Positions 12,727 to 25,425 of a stretch of DNA of 63,256 nt are shown piece after piece; position 1 is the stretch's first letter, and the number at the start of each line of letters is the position of its first letter. The position numbers and the translations under genes were made by a program. Source of the stretch: Octopus bimaculoides (lineage: Eukaryota); assembly GCF_001194135.2 (NCBI RefSeq), contig NC_068982.1, forward strand, positions 132,843,037-132,906,292. Reading direction: 5' to 3'. The notes under the pieces are model-generated. The model had not been told where the DNA came from, made no database searches, and worked only from the letters and a program-made list of their open reading frames with translations.

Positions 12727-13007
12727 TATTAGGTTGTCAATAGAGTTCTTGCGGAATTTTAAATTTTGGTTTTAAGTGATGTATTTCAAATTAATTTTCG
12801 TTAAATTACTTTGACTCTTTATATATCATTTTAAAGCCCATTTTTCGCTCTATCTAATTATGTTATTCTTCTTCTTTTTGAATAATTAGGCCATTTTTTC
12901 CGGAATGTTGAATACAACATGGGCAAAAAGCAAATTCACACAATTTTCTTATTCCATTTCAAGCTAGGCCGAAAAGCTGCTGAAACAGCTCGCAATATCA
13001 ATGATAG
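12727..13007 (+). mobile_element. Mariner 5' end fragment (same family as 34484..35777)
   Basis: TA-TTAGGTTGTCAA TIR and start MGKKQIHTIFLFHFKLGRKAAETARNIND. Confidence 0.85.
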
Positions 13008-13109
13008 CCTCCATAGTGCAGTTGCAACAGCACCAACTACAGCAGCAGCAGCAGTAACTGCATAGTGACCATACAAGCATTTTTAGCATTGGCAAATTAT
13101 TACCAAAAT

Positions 13110-15240
13110 TATATACCAAATATACATATGGTGAGGGTTCCACTGAATAATCTGCTACAAAAGAGATATGAAATGGAATTGTTTGGAAAATCATCCAAAG
13201 GCATTTAACAAAATAAAAAAATATTAATATCTGATTCGTCATTAGCACACTTTGATCCTGAAGTGGAAATTGTTGTAGCTTCAGATACTTCTGGGTATGG
13301 TATACGAGCAGTAATGCTACATAAATATAAAGATGGTAACCTGAAGGCAGTGGTTCATGCTTCACGTTCTCTGATAGCAGCAGAGAAAAATTATAGCCAA
13401 ATCAAAAAAGAAGCTCAAGTAACTTTTTTTGCCATGAAAATATTTCACAGATTTTTACAAGGTAGAAGTTTTCATCTACAGACTGATTATCGGTCATTAT
13501 TATCGATATTAGGGTTGAAGAAAGGAATCCCTACTCATACTGCTGGTAGATTACAATGCTGGGGTATGATATTAAACTATGATTTCAAGATAGAGTATAT
13601 ACCATCCAAGAAATTAGATCACACAGATTGTCTGTCAAGGCTGATTTTGAAATATGTGGAACCATTTGAAGATATTGTGATTGCTGCTTTGCGAGTGGAA
13701 AATTAAATTTAAAATGTTTTGTGTAATGTCATTCGTGAACTGCCAGTTACTTTACAAGACATAAAATTAAAATCAGAAAACGATAAATTCATTATAAAAA
13801 TGAAAGAAATACTGAAGGTTAAAAGAGATAAAAATATGCACAACACAAATGCAAAGCTTTTCTCACTGTGTGACAATGTGTTGTTGCATTCACAAACAGT
13901 CATAGTACTAGCCATACTACAAAAGTGATTAAAAAAATTTCATATTGGTCATCCAGGGATTTCAAGAATGAAATCGTTAATGAGACGTTACGTATACTGG
14001 TCAAAAATGGACTGTGACATTGAAGAATCAGTGAAAGCAGACAGAGGATGTGCCTTAGCTGCAAAAGTGTCTACCACTAAATGGCAACTGAGGCCAAAAA
14101 CAGATGTTCCACAGGCCAGACTGAATGTTGGTTACACTGGTCCACATAAGGGTTCATATTACCTTGTTGTGGTGGACAGTTTTTCAAAGTGGCTGGAAGT
14201 GAATAAATGTTAAAAGCTGACTTCTGTGGTTACAATAAGTTTTTTGAATGAATTATTTGCCAGGTATGGTATTCCGGATACCATTGTGTCTGATAATGGA
14301 ACTCAATTTATATCAGACAGCGCAGAAAATTTTGTAAAATGTTCATCATCAAAATGTCATTACTCCACCCTATCATCCTTGATCAAATGGACAAGTGGAG
14401 CATTTTGTTGACACGTTAAAGAGGTCATTGAAAAAGATGAACAATAAAGTGTTGGATAATATTGTACTTCAACAATTTCTAAGAGAGTACAAAGTAACAC
14501 CTGATCCAAATACACTGTCGGAAATGTCACCTGCAGAACTGATGTTTGCTAGAAAGTTTAGATCCATCTTTGATAAGCTGTTACCTAGTGAAAATTTTAA
14601 AAAAGCAAACAAAAATGCTACAAAATTCTTGATGCTAGATGACAAAGTTTTTTTTTAAACCTATAAATATGGTAAAAAAAAAGTTGGGAGGGCAGCATAA
14701 TTATTAAACAAATTGGAAGAATGTTACTCCTGGTAAAAAGGGAAAATGTCAAACACAAAAAACACATTAGCCAACTTTAAAAAAAGAAAAAAGATTCACG
14801 GAAAAAACAGTCATGAAACATGAAATCCCCATGGAAGTACTGTACGACATGTTTGAGGTACCAACACCCAAATATTTGAAACTACAAGTTCTAGCATCAG
14901 AAAATGGAAAATAATAGAAACATTGAAATTGAACCCTAAGTGTGATAGATATTAAAACTCTGAGCGGAGTTCAATTCTCAAAAGGGGAAAAGATAGGTAA
15001 GACTTATTCTAAAAAGGGGAGATGTGGAAATATGCTGAAACCACCCCACAAGTGATTAAAGATGGATGGACTCATTGTAATAAAATAAAGAACTGTGAAC
15101 AACTGTCAGTTTGGGTTGATAAGCAGTTCACTGTAAAGAGTGGTTAAGAGCATTGAGTCTCGTGTAATATTAATAGTAGTGCATCATGTAAATGCTTTCT
15201 TTTCCCCCTGCTCCATTGTATTACATATCCAACATACAAG
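13110..15240 (+). mobile_element. Ty3/Gypsy LTR retrotransposon 3' remnant (RNase H, integrase, PPT, putative 3' LTR from 15023)
   Basis: ASDTSGYGIRAV, EKNYSQI, HIGHPGISRMKSL, LVVVDSFSKW, IVSDNGTQF; PPT AAAAAGGGGAGA followed by TGT. Confidence 0.85.
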
Positions 15241-15242
15241 GG

Positions 15243-15308
<66 letters not shown>

Positions 15309-15498
15309 CCCTTGTATGTTGGATATGTAATACAATGGAGCAGGGGGAAAAGAAAGCATTTACATGATGCACTACTATTAATATTACACGAGACTCAATG
15401 CTCTTAACCACTGTTTACAGTGAACTGCTTATCAACCCAAACTGACTGTAAAAGGGCAAGACAAATGAAAAAATACTAAATTAAAAAAAACGATTAAC

Positions 15499-15563
15499 CT
15501 ATGTACCATGGTTTCACCTGTTAAAATTTACATAAGTAAATATCTGCAGGATCATCAGCGTGG
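15499..15563 (-). ncRNA. Minimal type I hammerhead ribozyme motif, copy 1
   Basis: CCACG-CTGATGA-TCCTG..CAGGT-GAAA-CCATGG-TA-CATAG: full core, palindromic stem III, stem I with 2 mismatches. Confidence 0.7.
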
Positions 15564-16019
15564 TCTGTCGATTTAAAATATAATTTCCAGAACTAGACAC
15601 AAGACGTCCACCCGAAAGGGAGCACGTGTAGAGTTCTGCAACTTACATTCAATGTATCATTTCAAATGTCTTCAATCTGGCGCGTTAAGTCCGGAAATAA
15701 TTCTGCAGTTAATAAATTTTTGCAGCTAATTTACCGGTTTGAGAACATCATTATTTAAAATTTATTAATGAGGGTAGAAATTGATATTAATCAATTAAAA
15801 CTAGTGGTCTAGCATATTAAAAAAATTCGAAGATTAAAATTATATTACATACAAAAATAAGATGAATGACCAGTAAAAGTGGGCTCCTATATGCTAGAAA
15901 TAGATGCCGAATGATCTAACCACGAAAAAAAAAAGTTTTCAGTAAAAATTTAGCGACACAACAGACTGTAAAAGGGCAAGACAAATGAAAAAATACTAAA
16001 TAAAAGAAAAACCATTAAC

Positions 16020-16084
16020 CTACGTACTAGGGTTTCACCTGTTAAAATTTACATAAGTAAATATCTGCAGGATCATCAGCGTGG
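16020..16084 (-). ncRNA. Minimal type I hammerhead ribozyme motif, copy 2
   Basis: CCACG-CTGATGA-TCCTG..CAGGT-GAAA-CCCTAG-TA-CGTAG. Confidence 0.7.
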
Positions 16085-16429
16085 TCTGCCGATTTAAAAT
16101 ATAATTTCCAGTACTAGACACAAGACGTCCACCCGAAAGGGAGCACACTTAGGGTTCAATTTCAATGTTTCTATTATTTTCCATTTTCTGATACTAGAAC
16201 TTGCAGTTTCAAATATTTGGGTGTTGGTACCTCAAACATGTCGTACAGTACTTCCATGGGGATTTCATGTTTCATGACTGTTTTTTCCGTGAATCTTTTT
16301 TTTTAAAGTTGGCTAATGTGTTTTTTGTGTTTGACATTTTTCCTTTTACCAGGAGTAACATTCTTCCAATTTGATTAATAATTATGCGTCTTGTGTCTAG
16401 TTCTGGAAATTATATTTTAAATCGACAGA

Positions 16430-16484
16430 CTACGCTGATGACCCTGCAGATATTTACTTATGTAAATTTTAACAGGTGAAACCA
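16430..16484 (+). ncRNA. Truncated inverted hammerhead motif, copy 3
   Basis: CTACG-CTGATGA-CCCTG..CAGGT-GAAA-CCA, then ends; part of an inverted copy 16387..16484 of 15509..15606. Confidence 0.6.
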
Positions 16485-16489
16485 GTGAA

Positions 16490-19400
16490 GTCGAGACAGA
16501 GAACGTGCAAATTGGGTAAGGCATGTTCTCCATATATTCAGAACCCAGGCATTTAGCTTAGCCAAGGACTTAGAATTTCTGGGAGGATGCTGTAAAAAAA
16601 AAAGAGAGAGAGAGAGAAAGCATATGGAGAGGACACTTCATCCTTGCTGTAACAGGCAAGGGAAACAACATGGAAGTGGTAGTTTACAGGTTATAAAGCA
16701 TCCTTATTTGGTGAAGCAGGATGTCGCCACAGGTCATCTTCGACGATGGGAGTGATTATTCAATCACACTGATCAGCTACTGCCCGTCTTAAACTGGGCA
16801 GTCTCCAGTCAGTAAGGTGCTGATCCACCACGTCTGTCCGCTGCTAAGGGTATATAGAGCTAGGACAAAAACTGAAAAGCAGACTTAAAGCCCAGCACCT
16901 GGCAAAAGAGGAAGAAAATTGAAATTGATCCCATTGAAAATGGGGACCAGGAATGTCAGAACAATGACAACTGAAATGGACATTACCGATCTGGACAAAA
17001 CAGATGACATCAGAAAAATGGCAATCATTGACAGGGAGTTCGCACGGCTGAATGTAGACATCACTGCCCTGCAAGAGACAAGACTTGCTGACTCTGGTTC
17101 CATTAGGGAAAGAAATCACACATTCTTCTGGAAGGGCCTTGGAGAAGATGGGAGTAGAATCCATGGTGTGGGGTTTGCAGTACACAACAGATTGCTGAAC
17201 AAGATCAGTACTCCTTGAGGCATATCTGAGTGCATCACTATCATGGAGGTGGTGGGNNNNNNNNNNCTCATTAGTGCCTATGCCCCGATTCTAACAGCAG
17301 AAAATGAGAAGAAAGATTAGTTTTAGGAGGAACTTTAGGATGTGATTAACAGTGTCCCAAAGGCAGACCAACTCTTTCTCATAGGCAATTTCAATGAAAG
17401 AGTAGGCGCTGATCACCAAGCATGGCCCAGCTGCCTTGGACAGTTTGGACTGGGGAAAATCAATGAGAATGGCCAGAGACCCTTAGAATTCTGCACACAT
17501 AACAACCTGTGCATTGCAAACACCTTCTACAATGGCAAAAACCGGCATAAAGTTTCTTGGTGCCATCCAAGATCAGGTCATTGGCACCACATTGACTTCG
17601 TCATCGTCAGAAAGAATGACATCAACACTGTGAAGCAAACAAGATCCTTTCACAGTGCAGACTGTAACACAGATCATCTGTTGGTTATAGCCAGGGTAAA
17701 GATCGTCACAAAGAAAACACCAAGAGCCAAAAAACCAAAGAAACCTAAGATCAACATAAAAACACCCAAGATCCAGCAATGAGAACCAAATTTCAAGAAT
17801 ATGTTGAAGAACAGCTTCAAAACCTAGATAGCTCATCCCATGACGACATGTGGAACAACATGAAACCATCAATATATGATTCTGCATCGAGGGCCTTTGG
17901 AACGGTTCGACTTTCCAAGGAGGACTGGATCAAAGCCAATGCATTAATACTAATGCCATTACTTGAGAAAAAGCGGAAGATCTTCATAAAGCACAATAGA
18001 AAGCTAACAGAATGTAACAAAGCAACAGCTACGTACTTCAAATCCAACCTTCAAAAAGAAACTAGAAAATGTGCCAACCAGTACTGGGATAAATTATGCT
18101 TAGAAATTCAACAGGCGAGTGACATGGGTAACATCAGGAAAATGTATGAGAAGATNNNNNNNNNNCAGTACTGGGATAAATTATGCTTAGAAATTCAACA
18201 GGCGAGTGACATGGGTAACATCAGGAAAATGTATGAGAAGATTAGAGTTGCTATCGGACCAACAGTGAGTAAAGTGGCACCTCTCAAGTCTGCAACAGAT
18301 GACCAGCTGATGGACAAGAAGAAACAAATGGAAAGATGGGTGGAACATTACTCTAAATTGTACACTAAGGAGTGAGATGTTGATAGACAACTTTATGAGG
18401 CCATTCCTCAACTCCCCGAAATGACAGAACTTGATATACCACCAACGGAAGAAGAAATCTACACTCTCCACTGCAATCGATGAACTTGCAAGCGGAAAAG
18501 CACCTGGAAATGACAATATACCCACATAAGTGTTGAAAGAGAACTCTCCTTCCACATTTATACAAGTTTCTAAAGACGTGTTGGCTGGAAGTAAAAATTC
18601 CACAAGATATGAGAGATCTCAAGATCATCACTCTCTACAAAAATAAAAGGGACATGGGAGATTGCAATAACTACAGAGACATATCACTTCTGAGCATCAC
18701 TGGAAAAGCTTTTACGAGGATCATTATGAAACGACTTCAGAAGCTAGCAGAAAGAGTACTACCAGAGAGCCAGTGTGGTTTTAGACCTAACTGCTCAACA
18801 ATGGATATGATCTTCTCCATTCGCCAACTACAAGAAAAATGCCGGGAGCTGCAATTACTACTATATATAGCATTTGTCAATCTGACACAGGCATTTGATA
18901 CAGTCAGCAGATCAGGACTGTACATGGTGCTTGGAAAATGTGGTTGTCCCCCAATACTACTGCAGCTCATTGTTTCGTTCCATGATGACATGAAGGCCAC
19001 CATTCAGTTTGACAGTTTAATATCAGATAGCTTCAACATCAACAGCAGAGTAAAACAAGGTTGTGTCTTAGCACCAATCCTTTTCAGCATTTACTTTGCT
19101 GTATTACTGCAGTATGCATTTCAAGAGTTGCCGGGAGATGTCTAGCTTTGTTAGAGAACTGATGGGTCACTCTTTGATCTTTCTAGACTTCAGGCCAAGA
19201 CTAAGATCAATAGAGCAACAATAAGAGACTTTCTCTTCACGATGCAGCACTTGTTGCTCCCAGTGAATTAAATCTGCAAATAATGATGGACCACCTATCA
19301 TCAGCATGCAAGGCCTTCGATTTGGTCATCAGTGTAAAGAAGACAGTCATCCTCACTCAGGAGGGCGCAGTGAAAGGCCATATCAAGCTTGATGACAGAG

Positions 19401-20235
19401 AGCTTGAGACAGTGGACAGGTTCTGCTATCTAGGGTTTACCATTTCCTCTACTACTTCACTTGATGATGAGATTAACGTCAGGATAGGGAAGGCAGCAAC
19501 AACTTTCGGAAGGCTGACAAAACAAGTATGGAAGGACAAGAGATTAGACATCAAAGCAAAGATCAAGATTTATGAAGCACATGTTCTCAGCACACTCCTC
19601 CATGGATCTGAAACATGGACCTTGTACAGCAGACAGGAAAGGTGCCTTGGCATTTTCCATCTCAGATGCCTCCGCAAGATCTTAGGCCTAACATGGCATG
19701 ACAAGGTCACCAATTTTGAAGTGCTGGCCCAGGAAAATCTTCAAAGCATGACAGCTATCTTATGTATGAGAAGACTAAGGTGGCTGGGGCAAGTCAGGAG
19801 AATGGATGACCATCAAATCCCAAAGCAACTGCTCTATGGAGAACTGGCCCAGACCAAGAAACCAAGAGGAAGACCAAAACTGAGGTATAAGGACACTTGC
19901 AAAACTAGTTTGTCCAAATGTGAGGTAGATATCAGCACCTGAGAAGAGAGGGCGGAGGACAGAACAACATGGAGGACTATGGTGAAGGAAGGAACTGCTT
20001 CACTAGAGAGCAGCTACAGAAACAAACAAGTTGAGAAACGTCAGCGGAAAAAGGAAAACAACAGAAATGCGGAGCACCGAGCCGCCCTCTTGGTGTGCAA
20101 GTTCTGTGACAGAAGCTGCACTTCAATCACAGGAAGAATCAGCCATGAAAGAAGCTGCAAGAAAGGGAGCCCCTGATATGTTCGATTAAGTGACCTCTAA
20201 GCTAAATTGACTGTCTGCATAGACGAAAAGGGCCA

Positions 20236-20258
<23 letters not shown>
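16490..20258 (+). mobile_element. Near full-length RTE-clade LINE, second family (APE + RT + C-terminal Cys/His finger)
   Basis: TRNVRTM, ALQETRL, GNFNERVG, SQCGFRP, VKQGCVLAP, FCYLG, YGEL...RGRPKLRYKD, CKFCDRSCTSITGRISHERSC; (ATT)n tail; several stops and frameshifts. Confidence 0.9.

Positions 20259-20322
<64 letters not shown>
20259..20322. repeat. (TA)n(CA)n microsatellite at the LINE tail
   Basis: Direct reading. Confidence 0.9.
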
Positions 20323-20326
<4 letters not shown>

Positions 20327-20574
20327 GTTTGCCAAAAGTCACCTGACTGTAAATCAAAACCATTTAATTCNNNNNNNNNNNNNNNNNNNNNNNNNNNNNN
20401 NNNNNNNNNNNNNNNNNNNNNNNNNNNNNNNNNNNNNNNNNNNNNNNNNNNNNNNNNNNNNNNNNNNNNNNNNNNNNNNNNNNNNNNNNNNNNNNNNNNN
20501 NNNNNNNNNNNNNNNNNNNNNNNNNNNNNNNNNNNNNNNNNNNNTTGCTGTCAGGTGACTTTTGGCCAACACTG

Positions 20575-20623
<49 letters not shown>

Positions 20624-21209
20624 GTATATATGTATGTATGCATGTATGTATGTATATATGTATGTGGGAAGTGTGTGGCAAAAACCTGAGTATGTATAGA
20701 GTTGGGAAGCTACTGGATAGCAATGATACAGAGAAACAGGGCCATGTGGACAGAATTGGGGAGTGAGAGCTAGGCATAGTGTATGATGGATGAAATGTGA
20801 GAAAGAGAAGAGATGTAGAGATGTAGATTGGTTTGTTGGGGGTAGGGTGTGTGAAAAGTTTTCTTGTTATGTGTGAGTGGAACACACAGGTTGGGGGATA
20901 GCAGATAGCACTGATACAGTGAAACAAGGCATGTGGGTGGAGCACACAGGTCAGGAGCTAGCAGACATAAATGATACAATGGTACAGGGCCAAGAGGACA
21001 GGGTTGGGGAGTGGGAGGTAAGCACAGTGCATGAAGCGGAAATGTGAGGAAAGTGTGTGAGAAGTTTTGTTGTTAAGTGTGGAGAGGACATAGCACTTCT
21101 AGAACTCAGTTTCATTGATGTGGGCAGGTCATCTCAAGAACTTCTTATTGCCAGACATCTCGATCCATTGTCATTTCTTCCATGAGGCCCAAAATCCTGA
21201 GATAAGTCC

Positions 21210-23158
21210 TTACCACTTCATCCCACATCTTCCTGGCTCTCCCTTTTCTGCGAGTACCATCCACTTTCAGTGATCAACACTTCTTTATGTGGCTGTCCTC
21301 ATTCATATGCATCACATCTCCAGACCAACATAGTCTTCTTTCTTGCATGCTACATTTGATTCTGTCTATGCCCAACTTTTCTCTCAATATATTTGCACTT
21401 TGTCGTACATATGCCCTGACATTTCACATTGAATGGAGTATACTACCTTCATTTCTCTCTAGTCTACATGTCTTCTGCATTCAGAGCCCATGTCTCATCA
21501 CCATGGGGTATAGCCATTCACACACAAGCATCATATAGTCTTCCTTTCATTCTGAGAGAGAGTCTTTTTGTTACCAACAGAGGTAATAGCTCTCTGAACT
21601 TCCTCCACCTAATTCTTATTCTAGAGATAATACTTTCAGAGCATCCTCCACCACTGCTAATTTGGTCATCTAGGTAATAGAAGAGAGCCTCTTGGGCATT
21701 TCAGAGAATCTAAGTCCCATATGTTCTTAGTGCTTATTGTTCCTGCATATCTGCCACATACAAATACAACTTTATCTGCTAATCTACCTGTGATTCCACT
21801 GCACCTCTTATGCATCCATAATCTACACTGGGTGGTGCAGCAAATGAAATTTCTTCCAGCTTCTTTCTCACATAATGAGCAGGGTCATTTACCTGATGGA
21901 AAGTGTATTCTATCTTTCTTACTAACAACTTTGCTAGGTTAACTTTAAGGCCATTTGATTCCAGGTTTTATTTCCATACCTGGAATTTCTTTTCCAATTC
22001 TGCTAAAGATTCTGCAATAAGAGCAAGGTCATCAGCATATAACAGTTCCCATGGGTACCCAGTTTTAAATTCCTCTGTTATGGCATGGAGGACTATAATG
22101 AATAAGAGTAGGCTGAGAACTGAGTCCTGGTGGACCCCTACCTTTACACTAAATTCATCACTGAATTCATGGCCGACTCACACCTTACTGACAGCACCAC
22201 TTTACATGGCTTGTACAGCTCTAACAAGCCACTCCTCTACTCCTAACTTCCTTAATGACCACCATATAACAGAGAGGGCAACTTTGTCAAAAACTTTCTC
22301 CAGGTCAATGAAGGCTAAGTACAATGGCCTACTTTTGGTCAAGTATTTTTTCTGCAGCTGCCTCACTAGGAAGATAGCATCTGTGGTACCCTTCCCAGGT
22401 ACAAAACCAAACTGTGTCTCATCTAATTTAATTCTATTTCTAATCAATTGAGCTACAACCCTCTCAGTAACTTTCATGTCTTAGTCTAGCAATTTAATGC
22501 CCCTGTAGTTGTTTCTTTCTAAGGTATCACCTTTACTCTTGTAGCAGCTAACTATAATGCTACTACACCAGTCATTGGGGATGGTGCCTTCCTGAATAAT
22601 CTGATTAAATATATGGGTGACTAAGCTGTATCCTACACTACCGGAAATTTTAATCGTCCTGGCAATGATTTCTGATGGCCCAGGGGCTTTACCTGCCTAA
22701 CTGCTTTATCTATTATTCTACTATCTGATAGATGGTCCTTCAATTGGTTCGATATTTGGTAGACTCTCCTTCTCCCATTCATTTTCCACATTCNNNNNNN
22801 NNNNNNNNNNNNNNNNNNNNNNNNNNNNNNNNNNNNNNNNNNNNNNNNATGGTCCTTCAATTGGTTCGATATTTGGTAGACTCTCCTTCTCCCATTCATT
22901 TTCCACATTCAGTAACCTTTCATGGTGATACTTCCCTGCATCTTTCTTCTCTGAGTCACTAAATGCAAACATGCCATTATCCATTCACACACATTTCTCA
23001 CCTATCACATCTCTATTTTCTCTGATACACTGCTTTGCAATCCTGAACACCTCACACCTCTCACCCTCAGGCTGTAGAACGTTTGCAAATCTCTTACCTT
23101 CAGCTACTCCTTTTGCTATCTATACCTGATGCCTAGCTGCCCTTTTGGCTACCTGACA
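21210..23158 (-). mobile_element. RTE LINE RT fragment (family of 3700..7245)
   Basis: ORF 22202..22477 LDETQFGFVPGKGTTDAIFLVRQLQ. Confidence 0.85.
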
Positions 23159-23886
23159 ATGATGATGGTGATAAGGATGAAGTAAAGCGTTATAAGAGCA
23201 ACAGCTGTTCCTGGGGACTTGGAGATCCATCATAATGTTGGTAGATGTAATTTGTCACAATATGCAAGCCATAATGAAAGCAATGAACATTGGATAAACC
23301 GTGCCTTCATTATCAGGGTAGAAAATATCTTACATTTCAGATCACAGTGCAGAGAAGTTCAAAGGTGGAATGATTAAATGTGGAGAGTCAGCAGTATTAC
23401 AAGGAGGAAGAAAAAGGTTTGGTGGGGTTATGTGGAGTGTTAAATAATAGGGGGGAAAGTAAAGTGTTGTAAGTCCAACAGCTGTTTCTAGAGGATCTCT
23501 GAGCCCCCAGAAACAGTTGTTGGACTCATAATACCTTACTTCCTCTCCTTTAAATTTTTCTGTTGTTTGTACTCTGTATTAATATAAATATCTCTATATT
23601 TATACACAAATGTTAAATGTCTGAAAGTCTCCACCCTTTGTTTTCAGTCATTTTGCATGTATACATATATACATGTCTTATATTTCATACCCAAACTGTT
23701 ATATTTAATGTATTTAATTTGTTAATCCTCATAATTGCCTGCATATTAGCACAACTCAATCCCTTTTATAGCCATTCCTTATCCCACGAAATCAATCCCC
23801 TGTAATGACATTGGAGTCCAAGTTTGAAAGATTTGAGCACTACTAAGTGTCTTCTCCACAGAGAATCTCTAGATCTCATCTGTTGA

Positions 23887-23888
<2 letters not shown>

Positions 23889-23975
<87 letters not shown>

Positions 23976-23990
23976 CACACACACACATAC
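23889..23990. repeat. (CA)n microsatellite
   Basis: Direct reading. Confidence 0.95.
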
Positions 23991-24286
23991 AGTACTCCAA
24001 TTTTAATTACCAATCATTGGTCAGTAAGCTCAAGACTTCAAGTAGAAAAGTTGCCAAAGATTTCAGACAGAGATAGAACTTGAGACCATGTGGTAACAAA
24101 CCAAACACCATAACCATGTAGTCTCAAATTTTATCTCACTGCACTGCACTTTATATGTTAAAATTGGAAAACTTATTTACCATATTTTTAAATGACAGTA
24201 AGCTATGTTAAAGGATAATGTATAAAATATGAAAGAGATAGCAACAGATTTGAAGTTTATTTATACAACACTAAATTTCATTCCAT

Positions 24287-24655
24287 AGTGAAATCGTGAT
24301 GGCACCTGTGCCCAGCGTCGCCTTCCTGGCACTTGTGCCCGTGGCACATGTAAAGACATTCGAGCGAGATCGTGCCAGTGCCGCTGGACTGGCTCCCGTG
24401 CAGGTGGCACGTAAAATACACCATTTTGAGCGTGGCCGTTGCCAGTACCACCTGACTGGTCTTCGTGCCAGTGGCACGTAAAAGCACCCACTACACTCTC
24501 AGAGTGGTTGGCGTTAGGAAGGGCATCCAGCTGTAGAAACTCTGCCAAATCAGACTGGAGCCTGGTGTAGCCATCTGGTTTCACCAGTCCTCAGTCAAAT
24601 CGTCCAACCCATGCTAGCATGGAAAGCGGACGTTAAACGATGATGATGATGATGA
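24287..24655 (+). mobile_element. Young 5'-truncated RTE 3' end with (GAT)n tail
   Basis: CpG-retaining 3' UTR tandem units plus the conserved terminal ~190 bp; ends about 50 bp from the exon 8 donor. Confidence 0.85.
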
Positions 24656-24703
24656 CTTATATCAAGTTACAGTCATTCAAATTAAACTCAAAAACAAACC
24701 TAC

Positions 24704-24868
24704 CTTAAATGTTATTTGTTTTTGCTTTTCATAATCAAGTTCATCAGGATTGTTAACACTCAGAGCTACATTTGTTTCTGTTACTGATTCTTTTGGAATA
24801 ACTTTAAGAGCAGTGAATGGTTTGCCATCCAAAGTGTTCAAGCTAAGATTGAATTTACTGTACTTCAC
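24704..24868 (-). CDS. Cadherin-repeat gene, visible exon 8 (phase 0-0): VKYSKF...DELDYEKQKQITFK
   Basis: gttttag acceptor, gtaggt donor, 165 nt, LDYE motif. Confidence 0.93.
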
Positions 24869-25214
24869 CTAAAACAAACAAAGGCATGTCACTCTCTTGA
24901 ATAAGTATGTATTATTGATATATTAATAAGAAGAAATATTCAAATGTAATCACAACATATTGCAAGGACTAATGATTTTATTTATCTTTTTCTTTTTTGC
25001 ATCAGCAGCAGAGGTACTTCATTATGTTAGTAGAATGAGTAGAAAGAATATATATAAATTCTTGGACAAATTTGTAAATAAGATTATAATTTCTAGATTC
25101 TTAACCTAAAATTAATTCTTAAACAATATAATATAAAAGCTATTTTCTCAGGAAATTTTTATCTTTGTTAAAATTTATAGATGAATGAGACTTTGAAATT
25201 ATCTTGTGAGTAAT

Positions 25215-25425
25215 AACCTTTTCTACTATAAGCCCAAGGCCTAGATTTTTGTGGAGAGGGGGGACAATCAATCACATCAACCCCAGTACTTGACTGTTAC
25301 TTAATTTATCAGCCCCAAAAGGATGAAAGGCAAAGTCAACCTTGGCAGCATTTGAACTCAAAACATAGCAGAAGACGAAACACTGCTAAGCATTTCACCC
25401 AGCATGCTAACTGTTCTGCCAGCCT
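25215..25425 (-). mobile_element. tRNA-derived SINE (second family)
   Basis: GACCCCAG..CTGGTACTT..AAGGATGAAAGGCAAAGTCGACC..ATTTGAACTCAG-type motif shared with 26665, 29900, 30130 and 46905. Confidence 0.8.

Larger units (their letters stand above)
15444..16146 (-). mobile_element. Non-autonomous Penelope-like or retrozyme-like unit: repeat(182)-AT-rich body-repeat(183)
   Basis: Direct repeats 15444..15625 and 15964..16146, each containing a hammerhead core; no ORF seen. Confidence 0.65.
14695..16387. repeat. Inverted duplication centred on (TA)n; right arm interrupted by a hammerhead-bearing insert
   Basis: 15105..15446 is a near-perfect palindrome (1 mismatch); 16144..16387 is the reverse complement of 14695..14944 with a few differences. 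Confidence 0.9.

Noticed and set aside
15140-15411. Two pairs of identical ORFs on opposite strands
   Set aside because: A by-product of the palindrome and (TA)n; no coding signal.
18079-18245. Tandem duplication inside the RTE ORF
   Set aside because: Identical copies flank a 10-N gap; this is an unmerged contig overlap.
22728-22914. Direct duplication in the minus-strand RTE
   Set aside because: Identical sequence on both sides of an N gap; assembly artefact.
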